Below, piece after piece: positions 26,800 through 37,436 of a DNA stretch of 40,243 nucleotides. Source of the stretch: a virus (lineage: Duplodnaviria; Caudoviricetes); the IMG/VR virus record IMGVR_UViG_3300012921_000053, positions 1-40,243 of that record. One strand, written 5' to 3'. Numbering within the stretch: the first letter of the stretch is position 1; each line of letters opens with the position of its first letter. The notes beneath the pieces are model-generated. The model saw only the letters and a list, made by a program, of their open reading frames with translations. It made no database searches and was not told the DNA's origin. A program made the translations under genes and the position numbers.

Positions 26800-26815
26800 C
26801 AGGGGCTACCAACAC

Positions 26816-27829
26816 ATGGCTGTTATCGGCAACACCTTCCTGAACCTGCTTGACACGCACCGCGCGACGCCCGAAGGTGCCGTGCTCGAGGTGCTGTCGC
26901 AAACGTCGCCGATCATGGCCGACGCCTTCATCGGCGAGTGCAACCGCGGCACCTACCACGAGCACTCGATCCGCACCGGCCTGCCGACCGTGTCCTGGGG
27001 CGCGCTCTATCAGGGCACGCCGCAGTCCAAGGGCCACACGCAGGTCGTGAAGGACACGACCGGTTTCGTCGAGGGCATGTCGTCCATCGACACCCGTCTG
27101 CTGCAGATCCAGCCCGAGAAGACCTCGCAGCTCCGGCTCGCCGAGGCCTCTGGCTATCTGGAGGCGATGTCGCAGGAATGGACGAGCGGTGTCTTCTACC
27201 ACGACACTGCCTCCTCGCCCGAGAAGATCAAGGGCCTGTCGGCGCGCTACAACACGCTCGCGAACCCGAACGTCGTCTCGGCCGCCGGCGCCGGTTCCGA
27301 CAATACCTCGATGTGGTTCGTGACCTGGGGCGAGCCCTTCACCTCCCTGATCCATCCGCAAGGGCTGGTCGGCGGCGTGACTCGTGAGGACATGGGCAAG
27401 CAGCGTGTGCTGGATGCCGACAACAACCCCTACTACGTGCAGGAAGAGAAGTTCACCCTGCACACCGGGGTCGCCGTCGGCGACTGGCGCTACAACGCGC
27501 GCATCTGCAACATCGACGTCTCCGACATGCAGGCTGGCAGCGTCGATCTCTACAAGTGGCTGCGTCGCGGCTACTACAAGCTGCAGGCCCGTCGCGTCGC
27601 TCGTCCGGGCAACGAAATCGCGGGCAGCGTTCCGGCACCGCGCACGGTCATGTACTGCAACCGTGATGTGCTGGAGGCGCTCGACGCGCTGGCCACCAAC
27701 AAGGGCTCGGCGGACAACTTCGTCCGCCTGACCCGGATGGAGATCGCTGGCGAAGAGGTCCTGACCTACCGCGGTATTCCGATCCGCGAGACTGACGCCC
27801 TGCTCAACACCGAAGCCGCTGTGGCCTAA
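26816..27829 (+). CDS. Major capsid protein
   Basis: 337 aa; RTGLPTVSW, DWRYNARICNID, YRGIPIRETDALLNTEA (BPP-1-type capsid). Confidence 0.9.
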   Translation: MAVIGNTFLNLLDTHRATPEGAVLEVLSQTSPIMADAFIGECNRGTYHEHSIRTGLPTVSWGALYQGTPQSKGHTQVVKDTTGFVEGMSSIDTRLLQIQPEKTSQLRLAEASGYLEAMSQEWTSGVFYHDTASSPEKIKGLSARYNTLANPNVVSAAGAGSDNTSMWFVTWGEPFTSLIHPQGLVGGVTREDMGKQRVLDADNNPYYVQEEKFTLHTGVAVGDWRYNARICNIDVSDMQAGSVDLYKWLRRGYYKLQARRVARPGNEIAGSVPAPRTVMYCNRDVLEALDALATNKGSADNFVRLTRMEIAGEEVLTYRGIPIRETDALLNTEAAVA

Positions 27830-27843
27830 GGGGACCTCGCACC

Positions 27844-28281
27844 ATGATCTTCGACGCTCAAACCCGCTTCTCGAACGCCCAGGCCGTCACGGCCTCGGCG
27901 GCTTCGACCAACGTCATCGACCTGATGGCCGCCGGCATCCCCTACGGGAACGACGTGGCCCTCTCGCGCGATCTCGGCATTCACGACATTCCGCTGCGCA
28001 TCCAGGTCACGACCGCTTTCGCCACCCTGACCAGCCTGAAGGTCGCCGTCCAAACTGACGACAACTCGTCGTTCTCCTCGGCCACGACCGTGCTGGAAAC
28101 TGAGGCGATTGCCGCCGCCTCGCTGGTCGCCGGCTATCAGTTCAACATCGACAAGTTCCCGCTTAAGACCAGCGAGCGCTACGTCCGCCTGTACTATACG
28201 GTGGCTGGCTCTGACGCGACCGCCGGCAAGATCACCGCCGGTGTCGTGGCGGCGAACGAGCAGACCCTGGCGGTCCTGTAA
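27844..28281 (+). CDS. Bbp16-family capsid cement protein
   Basis: MIFD...FSNAQAVTASAASTNVIDL...RYVRLYYTVAG...GKITAG. Confidence 0.85.
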   Translation: MIFDAQTRFSNAQAVTASAASTNVIDLMAAGIPYGNDVALSRDLGIHDIPLRIQVTTAFATLTSLKVAVQTDDNSSFSSATTVLETEAIAAASLVAGYQFNIDKFPLKTSERYVRLYYTVAGSDATAGKITAGVVAANEQTLAVL

Positions 28282-28580
28282 TGACCGCCGGCTATCTCGC
28301 GCTGGAGCGCATCGTTCTTCCGACGGGTATTGTCGAGAAGGGCGAGAAGTTCGGTTCCGATCTGGTCCCCGGCCGTGCCTGGAAGCCGATCGACAAGGAA
28401 GCCAAGGCGGCGGTCAAGGCGCGTGACGAGGCCCGAAAGGCCTCGGACGTGCCTGCTGCTGAGGATCCGCGCGTCGCCGAGCTTGAGGCCCGGGTCGCAG
28501 AGCTCGAAGCTGACATCGCAGCCAAGGACGAGCAGATCGAGGCGCTGACTGCGCCGCCGCCTGCTGACGACACCAAGTAG
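28281..28580 (+). CDS. Hypothetical protein with coiled coil
   Basis: TAATG coupling; repeated RVAELEA. Confidence 0.7.
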   Translation: MTAGYLALERIVLPTGIVEKGEKFGSDLVPGRAWKPIDKEAKAAVKARDEARKASDVPAAEDPRVAELEARVAELEADIAAKDEQIEALTAPPPADDTK

Positions 28581-28605
28581 CACTCTCTCCGGGTGGGGCT
28601 GACTG

Positions 28606-28638
28606 GACCCGTCGCAGCAATGCGGCGGGTTCTTCTTT
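28606..28638 (+). terminator. Rho-independent terminator after the capsid operon
   Basis: GACCCGTCGCA-GCAA-TGCGGCGGGTT stem-loop followed by CTTCTTT. Confidence 0.75.
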
Positions 28639-28641
28639 GCC

Positions 28642-28653
28642 CCGTGCGTTGAG
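28642..28653 (+). promoter_or_regulatory. Late promoter motif copy 7
   Basis: CCGTGCGTTGAG right after the terminator, 29 nt before ATG 28683. Confidence 0.8.
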
Positions 28654-28682
28654 CCCATACGGCCACGCCGCAACATGCGGCC

Positions 28683-29297
28683 ATGCCTGCGTTTTCCGCC
28701 CCGATTGAGGTCGTTCAGGCCGCCCTGCACCGTATTGGTGAGGAGGAGATCGCGTCGCTGGACGAGGACTCCTCGGGCGCACGCGTCGCGTCCTCCAATT
28801 ACGAGGCCATCGTGCGGAGCTTCTTCGCCCGGCACGCGTGGACGTTCGCCAAGCAGACCCTGCCCCTGACCTATCAGGGCGAGGTCGAGTTGGGGCCATG
28901 GCTGTACGCCTATGTCTGGGCCGGCGAGGTGACGAACATCCGCTGCGTGATGCGCGACGGCGTCCGACTGCGCGCCGGCGAGTATTCGATCGAGAGCGGA
29001 CGGGTGCTGACCCGCTGCGATGGAGACCTGCAGATCGTCGCGACGGTGCGGGCGCCGGAAGCCGACTGGCCGGGTGACTTCTCCGAGGCCGTGGTCGTGC
29101 GCATGCAGGGTCTGTTCCTCGAGAGCCTGTGCGACAAGCCGCAGGACGGCCGAATGAAGATCAAGGACGCCGATGTCCTGATGCGTGACGCCATCGTGCG
29201 GGACAAGCGTCAGGAGCCTGGGGTCGCTGCCGACTTCGTACCGCTGGCCGAGGCATGGCGCGGCTCGCGTCCGTCCAGGCTGGCGCTCCGTGGCTAG
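28683..29297 (+). CDS. Tail tubular protein A / adaptor
   Basis: VVQAALHRIG..IASLDE...HAWTFAK pattern. Confidence 0.8.
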   Translation: MPAFSAPIEVVQAALHRIGEEEIASLDEDSSGARVASSNYEAIVRSFFARHAWTFAKQTLPLTYQGEVELGPWLYAYVWAGEVTNIRCVMRDGVRLRAGEYSIESGRVLTRCDGDLQIVATVRAPEADWPGDFSEAVVVRMQGLFLESLCDKPQDGRMKIKDADVLMRDAIVRDKRQEPGVAADFVPLAEAWRGSRPSRLALRG

Positions 29298-31395
29298 GCA
29301 GTTCCCGTTCACCACCAGCTTCGCGGCGGGAGAGATCGCCGAAGAGTACATGATGCGCACCGACCTGCAGGTGCGCAACGAGGCCTGTCGCCGGTTCCGC
29401 AATGCTCAGAACCTTGCGGGCGGTGGTTGGCGTCGTCGCTGGGGCACGGTCGACGTGGCGGCGCTGACCGGCTTGTCGCGGCTCGAGACCTACGGCGTCG
29501 GCGAGGATGACGCGCAGTTGCTGGTGTTCGGCGCGGCGCTGTTTCAGGTCCGTACGCTGGCCGGCGTGGTCGTTCAGACCATTTCGGGCGGCTCGGTTCC
29601 GTGGACCGCCGACGACCTGTTCACGATGCAGGTCGCCATCGAGGACGGCAAGATCGTCGTGGCGTCCCGGTCGTTCGCGCCGCGCCTGCTGACGCTGACC
29701 GGATCCACGTGGGCCATCGCATCGCTGGGATTCGCCGACGGCCTGAACGGCTCCAAGCTGCAACCGTACTGGCGCTTCGCCGCGCGCGGGGTCAGCCTGA
29801 CGCCGGGGGCGTACTCCGGATCGGGCGTGTCACTGGCCACCTCCGCCGCGTTCTTCACCGCCGACCACGTCGGCACGCGCCTGCGCTACACGGGCGTCGA
29901 GATCACGGTTACCGCCGTAACGGACAGCGACACGGCGACCGGCACGGTTGTCGGAACCCTGTTCCCCACGGTGACGGTCACGGTCGGCTCGTCGACGGGC
30001 TTCCTGATCGGACAGGAAGTGCAGGGCGAGGACTCGCAGGTACGGGGCGTCGTCGCCGCCGTCCCGGGCGGGACCAGCCTGACCGTGCAACTGCTGGACG
30101 GCTACACCTATTTCGACGCGACCGAGGATCTGATCGGCCCGACCGCCAAGAGCACGATCAGCGCTGTCGTGGCAGCCGGCACGCCCGCCGCGACGACGGA
30201 ATGGGACGAGGCGCTGATCGGTCTGGAGCGCGGCTATCCGGGCGCCGCGGCGCTGCACCGCAACCGCCTGATGCTGGGTGACTTCCCGGCCGCGCAGAAC
30301 GTCATGGCGGCCAGCGCGACAGGCGACATCACCGACTTCAATACCGGCAGCGGTCTGGAGACTGACGCCATCATCGAGCGCGTCGGTCGCGAGACGAGCC
30401 TGGGCCTCAAGCACTACGGCTCGACCGAGCAGCTTCTGCTGTTCACCGAGGCCGGGGTCTATTACGTGCCCGAGCAGGTCGCCGCGCCGCTGTCGCCGAC
30501 CAATTTCGAACTGCTGAAGATCGGGCCGGAGGCTGCGGGCGACCCCGTGCCGCTGGACGTCAGCGAGGGCAAGATATTCATCGAGCGCGATAGCGGGCGC
30601 GCCATGATCTGCCTGCCGACCGGCAATGTGCGCCGCTCGTGGGAGATCGGCGACCTGTCGGAACTTGCCTACCACCTGATGGGCACGCCGGTTGAGATGG
30701 AGCTCGTCGCGGCCGGCACGGAGAGCGACCGCCTTGTGCCGGTCCTGCGAAGCGACGGTCAGGCGGCGGTTCTGACGTATCGCCGCAGCGCGCAGTTCTC
30801 GGCATGGGGTCTGTGGACGACGACGGGCGCATGGCGGTCGATCGTCTATGCGGCGGGCGAGCTCTACGCCGTGGCCGCACGTACCATCGCGGGCGTCCTG
30901 ACGTACCGGCTTGAGAAGTTCAGCACCGATGCGTGGGCGGACGGCATGGTCTCGCTGGCCTCCATCACAACGCCTGTCACGCTCTACGCCGGTCACACGG
31001 TCGGCGTCTGGGATGGCGTGTCGAAGATCGGCGAGTATGCGGTCGACGGGTCCGGCGTGCTGGTTGGTGTCGATGACAGCTTCGGCGCGGTCCAGGTTGG
31101 CCTCGACTTCACGACCACGGTCGAGAGCGTGCCGCCTGTGGACAGCGAGCGGGGGCTGCGCCCGAACTACAAGATCACGCGCGTCGACGTGGATGCGGTC
31201 GAGTCGACGGCGTTCAAGGGCAATGGCGGTGATCCGTCCGGCTGGGTCGGCTCTATCGGGGGACCGACCGGTGCGCAGACGGGCGTGCGTCGCTTCCGTC
31301 CGCTCGGGCGCGGAAAGTACCCAACGTTCACGATTGAGCAGGCCGTCGGCGGGCCGCTGCAAGTCCGGTCTGTCACGATGGAGGTCACGAGCTAA
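29290..31395 (+). CDS. Tail tubular protein B / nozzle
   Basis: GTG start; TSFAAGEI...GGWRRRWGT, GYPGAAALHRNRL. Confidence 0.82.
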   Translation: MARQFPFTTSFAAGEIAEEYMMRTDLQVRNEACRRFRNAQNLAGGGWRRRWGTVDVAALTGLSRLETYGVGEDDAQLLVFGAALFQVRTLAGVVVQTISGGSVPWTADDLFTMQVAIEDGKIVVASRSFAPRLLTLTGSTWAIASLGFADGLNGSKLQPYWRFAARGVSLTPGAYSGSGVSLATSAAFFTADHVGTRLRYTGVEITVTAVTDSDTATGTVVGTLFPTVTVTVGSSTGFLIGQEVQGEDSQVRGVVAAVPGGTSLTVQLLDGYTYFDATEDLIGPTAKSTISAVVAAGTPAATTEWDEALIGLERGYPGAAALHRNRLMLGDFPAAQNVMAASATGDITDFNTGSGLETDAIIERVGRETSLGLKHYGSTEQLLLFTEAGVYYVPEQVAAPLSPTNFELLKIGPEAAGDPVPLDVSEGKIFIERDSGRAMICLPTGNVRRSWEIGDLSELAYHLMGTPVEMELVAAGTESDRLVPVLRSDGQAAVLTYRRSAQFSAWGLWTTTGAWRSIVYAAGELYAVAARTIAGVLTYRLEKFSTDAWADGMVSLASITTPVTLYAGHTVGVWDGVSKIGEYAVDGSGVLVGVDDSFGAVQVGLDFTTTVESVPPVDSERGLRPNYKITRVDVDAVESTAFKGNGGDPSGWVGSIGGPTGAQTGVRRFRPLGRGKYPTFTIEQAVGGPLQVRSVTMEVTS

Positions 31396-31883
31396 TGGGC
31401 GAATCGACCCCCCTCCTGAAGGGCGCGACGCAGATCATGTCGGGTCGGGCGCAGGCCAAGACCTACAAGACCGAGGCCGTGATGCTCGAGGCTCAGGCCA
31501 AGGGCGTGGACCTGCAGTCGCTCCAGTCCAGCGAGCGCCGGCGCGAGGATCTGCGCGCGGGTCTGGCGGCGGTGCTGGCCGGTCGGGCAGCGCGCGGCCT
31601 GTCGCTGGACACCCCGTCGGCGATTGCGGTCGAGAAGGAATTGCGGAAGCAGTCGGTGCGTGACGAGGGCGTGGAGCGCGTCGGCTTCGTCAATCAGGCC
31701 GGGGCGCTGCGCATGAGCGCCGCCGCGCGTCGCCGCGCGGGTTCGAACGCCAATGTCGGCGGCTACATCATGGCGGCGGGGACGGTGGTGGATGGCGTCG
31801 CGAACGCCATGTCGGCCGGGATGGGCGGGGGCCCAGTCAAGAGCAAGGCCGGTGCGTCTGGCCCGAACGGTGGCGGCAAGTAA
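31395..31883 (+). CDS. Internal virion (ejection) protein, small
   Basis: Ala/Gly-rich helical protein; position after the tail tube genes. Confidence 0.6.
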   Translation: MGESTPLLKGATQIMSGRAQAKTYKTEAVMLEAQAKGVDLQSLQSSERRREDLRAGLAAVLAGRAARGLSLDTPSAIAVEKELRKQSVRDEGVERVGFVNQAGALRMSAAARRRAGSNANVGGYIMAAGTVVDGVANAMSAGMGGGPVKSKAGASGPNGGGK

Positions 31884-33526
31884 TGGCCACCGGAGAGAAC
31901 ATTCAACGGCGCCGAGGCATTGAGGTCTCGAACCTCGCACCGCAGGTCAACGTCGACACGGGCGAGGCTGAGAACTGGGAGCGCGCTGGCCGCGTCTTCG
32001 ACAAGCTGACCGAGGCCGCCAAGCCGGACCTGATGCGCCGCGCGGCTGCACGTGGTCAGGCCGAGGGGCTGGCCATCGCGGCGGGCGAGGCGGAGTACAG
32101 CGCCCCGCGCTTCACCTTCGGCGAGGTTGCGGCCGCGCGTCAGGCCGCGCTGGAAACTGCGTACAACGCCCGCACCCGTCAGGACATCGACGCCCGCGAG
32201 CGTGAGGTGCGTCGCGAGTTCCGGTACGATCCGGACGGCTACGACGCCGCCATGAAGGAGGTCGTGTCCGGGTTCATCCAGGGCGCGCCCTCCGAGTTCG
32301 CGGTTGACGTCGAGGGCTATGCCCAGGGCAAGGCGTCCGAGGGGCTGACGTGGGTCGCTGATCAGCGCAGCGTGCGCGACGAGCAGGAGGTCATTCAGGC
32401 CACGGCCACGCGCGCCGCAACGCTGGCGGAGCGCATGATCGCGCTGGCTGCCAAGCCGGGCGGCCGTGACTCGTTCGAGTTCCTGCAGGCGAACGCGGAA
32501 TACGGCGCCCTACAGGAGGAACGCCAGAACAACCCGGCGATCCTCTACAGCGAGGACCAGCGCATTGCCGACGACGAGAAGCTGGACGTCGGCATCATGG
32601 GCTCGGAGATCAGCCGCAACAGCGTGCAGGTCTATACCGACAATGGTGGCGGCCTGCCGGGCATGGCGGCGGCGACCCGGTTCCTGACCGACGAGGTTTT
32701 GAACGGCGAAGCCTTTGCCGAGCTGACGCCGGAGAGCAGGCAGGCCCTGTTCCGCAATGGTCAGGCCCAGCTTCGAGACTTCTACGCCGTTGCGCGCGAG
32801 GAACGCCGTGTCGAGGCGGAAGAGGAGCGTGCCCAGAGGGAGGAAAGGCGTGAACTGGTCGGCGACTACCGCCTGCGGATCGCGATGGGCGAGGTCACCG
32901 AGGCCGACATCATGGGCGACGAGACCCTGCAGGATGCCGACAAAGCGACACTGGTCAACGGGGCGCGGGCCAAGGCGCGGGCTGATCGGAACGAGCTTCG
33001 CGCCATCGAGGCGCTGGAGCGGTCCGGCGCGGTCGCCATGTACAACGAGTTCCGCGACCAAGCCCAGACGGGCGGCCTGACCGCAGGCGAGATTGGCGAC
33101 GCGTTGACGGCTGGTCAACTGACGCCCGGACAGGCCGCGACGCTGCGCACGCTCAACGATCGCTCGCTCAAGCCTGTCGTCGATGACGTGCTCGCGCCGG
33201 TTCGTGACGCCTCGCGCGCGCCCGGCCGTTCGATGCGCGGTCAGGAGCGCAACATGGCCATCGCGGAGGAGGCGGCGACGCTGTTCGCGCGCTCCAATCC
33301 CGACGCCACGCTGAACGAGCGCCTGCAGGCCGGCGAGGCGATCGCGCGCCGCGTGTTCGGCGGACCGACTGCCGGGCGCCCGTCAAGCCCGCAGGCCGCC
33401 GCACAGGGCACCGCCGCCCGCATCCGCGCCGTCAACGCCGACATTGCCGCGCGACGTGCTGCTGGCCGCCCGTACAGCACTGCCGAGGCCAACCGTATGA
33501 GAACCGAGGCGCAGAATGGCAATTGA
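31883..33526 (+). CDS. Internal virion (ejection) protein, medium
   Basis: 547 aa helical/coiled-coil protein in the ejectosome position. Confidence 0.6.
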   Translation: MATGENIQRRRGIEVSNLAPQVNVDTGEAENWERAGRVFDKLTEAAKPDLMRRAAARGQAEGLAIAAGEAEYSAPRFTFGEVAAARQAALETAYNARTRQDIDAREREVRREFRYDPDGYDAAMKEVVSGFIQGAPSEFAVDVEGYAQGKASEGLTWVADQRSVRDEQEVIQATATRAATLAERMIALAAKPGGRDSFEFLQANAEYGALQEERQNNPAILYSEDQRIADDEKLDVGIMGSEISRNSVQVYTDNGGGLPGMAAATRFLTDEVLNGEAFAELTPESRQALFRNGQAQLRDFYAVAREERRVEAEEERAQREERRELVGDYRLRIAMGEVTEADIMGDETLQDADKATLVNGARAKARADRNELRAIEALERSGAVAMYNEFRDQAQTGGLTAGEIGDALTAGQLTPGQAATLRTLNDRSLKPVVDDVLAPVRDASRAPGRSMRGQERNMAIAEEAATLFARSNPDATLNERLQAGEAIARRVFGGPTAGRPSSPQAAAQGTAARIRAVNADIAARRAAGRPYSTAEANRMRTEAQNGN

Positions 33527-36500
33527 GACCGAACAGGAAGTCCGGGCGCGCGTCGCGGCCGTAGCCCCGGGCGCGCAGTTCACCAGCGGAAAGCGGTCGG
33601 TCGAGCGTAACCGCGCTGTCGGCGGCGTACCCGGAAGCCTGCACACGCGCGAGGGCGAGGATGGCGGCGCTCGTGCGCTGGACATCGTGCCGGGTTCGTC
33701 GGGCCTGTCGATGGAGCAGTTGAACCGCCGCATCGCGTCCTCCGGCCTGAACCTGCAGGAGCGCCTGAACGAGGGCGATCATGTGCATGTGGGCTTCGAC
33801 GGCCGCCCCAGCGACGTTGGCCCGCCGCGTGAAGGTTACCGCGTCGTCGCCGAGCAGGATCTGGCCGCCGAGGACACGCCAGAATCGCTGGCCGCAGCGG
33901 GCTATCAGCTTGACCCCGTGACGAACCGCTGGTTCCGCGTCGTCGGTCAAGAGAACGCTGCGATCCCCGAGCCGCTGGACAACTCCTATGCCGAGCGTCA
34001 GGCGGCCCGCGAAAGCCTCGCGCTCGATCAGGAAGAGGCGCAGATCATTCAGGCGGCGATGGTGCCTGACTTTGTGATCGACGCCGCCGCGCCCATCGCA
34101 AAGGATATGGCGACAGGCATCTTCCTCGAAGGCGGGCGGGCCGCGATCTCTGGGGTGAAGCGCGGCCTGAACGAGACCGCCGAAGTGCTGGACATCGCCG
34201 TCGACAATACGTTGATGCGCATCCCGGGCTTCGCCCAGGTGGACCACTTCCTGCGCGATACCAGCTTCATCGCAGGTCGCATGGTGAGAAATGCTCTCGG
34301 CGGAAATGACAGGCGCACGGCTGTCGAAGTCCGACTGGGGGCCGATGCAGCGCAGCGAGACGGCGTGCTCAGCACGACCGAGGGCGAGCGCCCTAACTCC
34401 AACACCGGAAAGATCATTGAGGGCGTCTCGCAGTTCGCGACCGGCTTCGTCGGGGCAGGCAAGGTGCTGGGTCCCTGGAGAGCAGCGACGGCCGCGGGCC
34501 GGATCGGCAAAGGCATGGTGCAGGGCGCGCTGGCCGACTTCGCCGTGTTCGACGGTAACGAGGCGCGGCTATCCAACCTGCTGGCGGAGCACTCGCCGGC
34601 CGCGGTCGCACCGATGTTCGAGTATCTGGCAGCCGACGAGGACGACCCGGAACTGCTGGGTCGCTTCAAGAACTCGCTTGAGGGGGGAGTATTTGGCGCC
34701 GGCACGGAGTTGCTGTTCGGCGGCATCCGGGCTTTGCGCTCGGTTCGGCAGATCAAAAGAGAGGCCCAAGAGGCCGCCCTCCGCGAAGGCCTGCAGGTCG
34801 ATCCGACGCTGGAGCTGACCGAGGCCGCCGTGCGCGGGCAGGAACTGCAGGATGCCGTGCGCGGCGCGCTGGGCAATCCGACCGGGCCGCGGTTCAGCGT
34901 CGCGCGAGGTGTCACCGCCACGAGCGGCACGACCCCTGCCGACATCGCCGCGTCCACCGCAAACGTCTTCGACATCAACCTGGCCCGAATTCAGGCCCCG
35001 GAGGACGTGCAGGCGGTCATCGTCGGCATGGCCGACCGCTTCGCCAAGGACGCCGATCTGGCGCGCCGTGGAACCCGCTCTTGGGAGCAGACCCGCGAGG
35101 CCGCGAACGGCGTCGACTGGGTCGCCAGCATGGCGGAGCGCCGCGTGGGTGGTGCGGTCAATGCCGAGACGGCGCTGGCCTATCGAACGGCGCTGACGTC
35201 GTCCGGCGAGAAGCTGCTGGAGCTGGCGCGCAGGGTCGAGGCCGAGCCGACGCTGGCGAACCAGTACGCCTTCCGCCGCGCGACCGGTGCGCATTACGCC
35301 ATCCAGAATGAACTTCTGGGCGCGCGTGCCGAAGCGGGCAGGGCGCTGAACGCGTTCAGGATCCCGGCCGATGCGCCGGCCACCTATCTGCGCCAGATCG
35401 ACAGCCTGATCGCGGATGCAGGTGGGGCGAACAGCGCACAGGAGTTGGCCCGGAAGGTGCTGGAGGCCGCTGCGAACGGCGACAAGGCGCTGAACGAGAT
35501 GATCCGTGGCGGGGCGCTGGCTCGCTCGCGCGAGATCGTGAAGCTGGCCTACACCAACAGCCTGCTGTCCGGTGTCGGTACGCCGCTGATCAACATCGCG
35601 GGCAACGGCATGATGCTGGGTCTGAACATCTCCACCCGCAGTCTGTCGCCGCGCATGGCCCGCGCGTTCGGCGGTCAGGCGTCGACGGCTGTCGGCGAGG
35701 CGTCTGCGCTGGTCCACGGCTACCAGCAGGCCCTGCGCGACATGTTCCGCCTGAACCCCATGCAGGCCGCCGAGCGCATCGGTGCTGATGCTGGCGCCGC
35801 TCTGCGTCGTGACGGCGTGTTCCGCGGCATGGCGCCGGGTCTGGACGACGCTGCGCCCAACGGCATCAACCTGCGCGCCGAGCGCGAAGAGGCGGGCATG
35901 GCCAGCGGCCGTCCGCTCTCGGCCGGCGCATGGCGCGTGTCGGAAGACTCGACCCTGGGACGCGTGCTGGACATCATGCAGATGGTGGTCGAGGCCCCGT
36001 CGAACCTGAACGCCCTGACCGACGACGCCTTCAAGACCATTGCCGCCCGGGGCGAATTGCATGCGCAGGCCTTCCGCCGTGTCGCCAGCGAGGGGCTGGA
36101 AGGCGAGGCGGCGCGCGAGCGCTATGCCGACCTGATGGACAATCCGACCGACGACATGCTGTCGACGGCCGAGAAGGAAATGCACGACCTGACGTTCACG
36201 CGTGAGACTCCGGGCATGGCTGCGAACCTCGCCGACCTGCGTCGGTCGATGGACAACAACCCCACGCCGATTCCGTTCGGCACGATCATGCTTCCATTCC
36301 TGCGTACCCCGGCAAATCTTGTCTCGGTCGGGATGCGCCACTCGCCGCTGGCTCCGTTCAGCCGTCGCTTCCGTGACGCCTTGGGCGAGGGTGGAGCGGC
36401 TGCGGAGAACGCCAAGGCGCAGATGGCCATCGGCACGGCCCTGTGGTCGGTCTGGATGGGCATGGCGATGGACGGTCAGATCACCGGCGCCGGACCCGGC

Positions 36501-37436
36501 AATCGCGGTCAGCGCGAGGCCATGCAGCGGGTCGACGAGAACGGCGGAACGATCTTCCAGCCTTACAGCGTCCGCTTCGGTGATCGCTGGTTCAGTTTCG
36601 AGCGTGCCGACCCGATGGGGCAGGGCATGGGGCTGATCGCCGACATGGCCGACCTGATGAAGAACGGCGACTGGGATTCGGATCGCAACGGTGAGTTGGA
36701 CGAGGTCGCCGCGCACGCAGTCATGGCGCTGGGTCAGGCGTTCTTCAACAAGACGTCGTTGCAGTCGGTGACCGAGGTTACGTCGGCGATCCTGGACGGC
36801 ACGACGGCCGACGCCGAGAAGCTGCTGATGCAGCGCCTGTCGGGCGCTCTGCCGGGCAGCTCGGCTATGCGCATGGTCCGCCGTGGCGAGGATCCGTACC
36901 TGCGCGAGACGTGGAACGTGGCCTCGGCCATCCGCAACACCGTGCCCGGCCTGTCAGATAACCTGCCTCCGCAGCGTGACTTGTGGGGCAAAGAGCGCAC
37001 CTATCAGACCGGCCTCGGCACGCTGTACGACGCCGTGACGCCGATCCAGACGCGCGAGGCGGGCGGCTCGGCCATCGATTTGGAAATCCTCAACAACGGC
37101 GTGTCGGTGACCATGCCGGGCCGATCGATCAACGTCATGGGCGAATCCGTGTCGCTCAAGAACCGGCCGGACATCTACAGCGAGTTCCTGCGCCTGTCGG
37201 GCGAGCCTGCGTTCGAACACCTCAACGCCGTCGCCGAGGGGCGTCACGTCGACAGCGACTTCTACTTCAGCCTCGATAGCGGGCCGTCGGGCGGCAAGGC
37301 CGAGTACATCAAGGACGTGATCGCCGCCTATCGGTCGGACGCCCGCGCGCAGATTCTGGACATGTACGCCAGCGAGTTGCAGGGTATGGCTGCCGAGCGT
37401 GTTCGCCGGCGTGACGAGGTGCGACTGGATCAATGA
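33516..37436 (+). CDS. Large internal virion protein with N-terminal peptidase M15-like cell-wall hydrolase domain
   Basis: FTSGKRS..RNRAVGG..SLH...ALDI...HVHVG at the N-terminus; PFLRTPANL and PYSVRFGDRW in the C-terminal region. Confidence 0.75.
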   Translation: MAIETEQEVRARVAAVAPGAQFTSGKRSVERNRAVGGVPGSLHTREGEDGGARALDIVPGSSGLSMEQLNRRIASSGLNLQERLNEGDHVHVGFDGRPSDVGPPREGYRVVAEQDLAAEDTPESLAAAGYQLDPVTNRWFRVVGQENAAIPEPLDNSYAERQAARESLALDQEEAQIIQAAMVPDFVIDAAAPIAKDMATGIFLEGGRAAISGVKRGLNETAEVLDIAVDNTLMRIPGFAQVDHFLRDTSFIAGRMVRNALGGNDRRTAVEVRLGADAAQRDGVLSTTEGERPNSNTGKIIEGVSQFATGFVGAGKVLGPWRAATAAGRIGKGMVQGALADFAVFDGNEARLSNLLAEHSPAAVAPMFEYLAADEDDPELLGRFKNSLEGGVFGAGTELLFGGIRALRSVRQIKREAQEAALREGLQVDPTLELTEAAVRGQELQDAVRGALGNPTGPRFSVARGVTATSGTTPADIAASTANVFDINLARIQAPEDVQAVIVGMADRFAKDADLARRGTRSWEQTREAANGVDWVASMAERRVGGAVNAETALAYRTALTSSGEKLLELARRVEAEPTLANQYAFRRATGAHYAIQNELLGARAEAGRALNAFRIPADAPATYLRQIDSLIADAGGANSAQELARKVLEAAANGDKALNEMIRGGALARSREIVKLAYTNSLLSGVGTPLINIAGNGMMLGLNISTRSLSPRMARAFGGQASTAVGEASALVHGYQQALRDMFRLNPMQAAERIGADAGAALRRDGVFRGMAPGLDDAAPNGINLRAEREEAGMASGRPLSAGAWRVSEDSTLGRVLDIMQMVVEAPSNLNALTDDAFKTIAARGELHAQAFRRVASEGLEGEAARERYADLMDNPTDDMLSTAEKEMHDLTFTRETPGMAANLADLRRSMDNNPTPIPFGTIMLPFLRTPANLVSVGMRHSPLAPFSRRFRDALGEGGAAAENAKAQMAIGTALWSVWMGMAMDGQITGAGPGNRGQREAMQRVDENGGTIFQPYSVRFGDRWFSFERADPMGQGMGLIADMADLMKNGDWDSDRNGELDEVAAHAVMALGQAFFNKTSLQSVTEVTSAILDGTTADAEKLLMQRLSGALPGSSAMRMVRRGEDPYLRETWNVASAIRNTVPGLSDNLPPQRDLWGKERTYQTGLGTLYDAVTPIQTREAGGSAIDLEILNNGVSVTMPGRSINVMGESVSLKNRPDIYSEFLRLSGEPAFEHLNAVAEGRHVDSDFYFSLDSGPSGGKAEYIKDVIAAYRSDARAQILDMYASELQGMAAERVRRRDEVRLDQ

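Noticed and set aside
26303-26815. Long N-terminal extension of the capsid ORF
   Set aside because: Alternative-frame overlap with the scaffold gene; the likely start is ATG 26816
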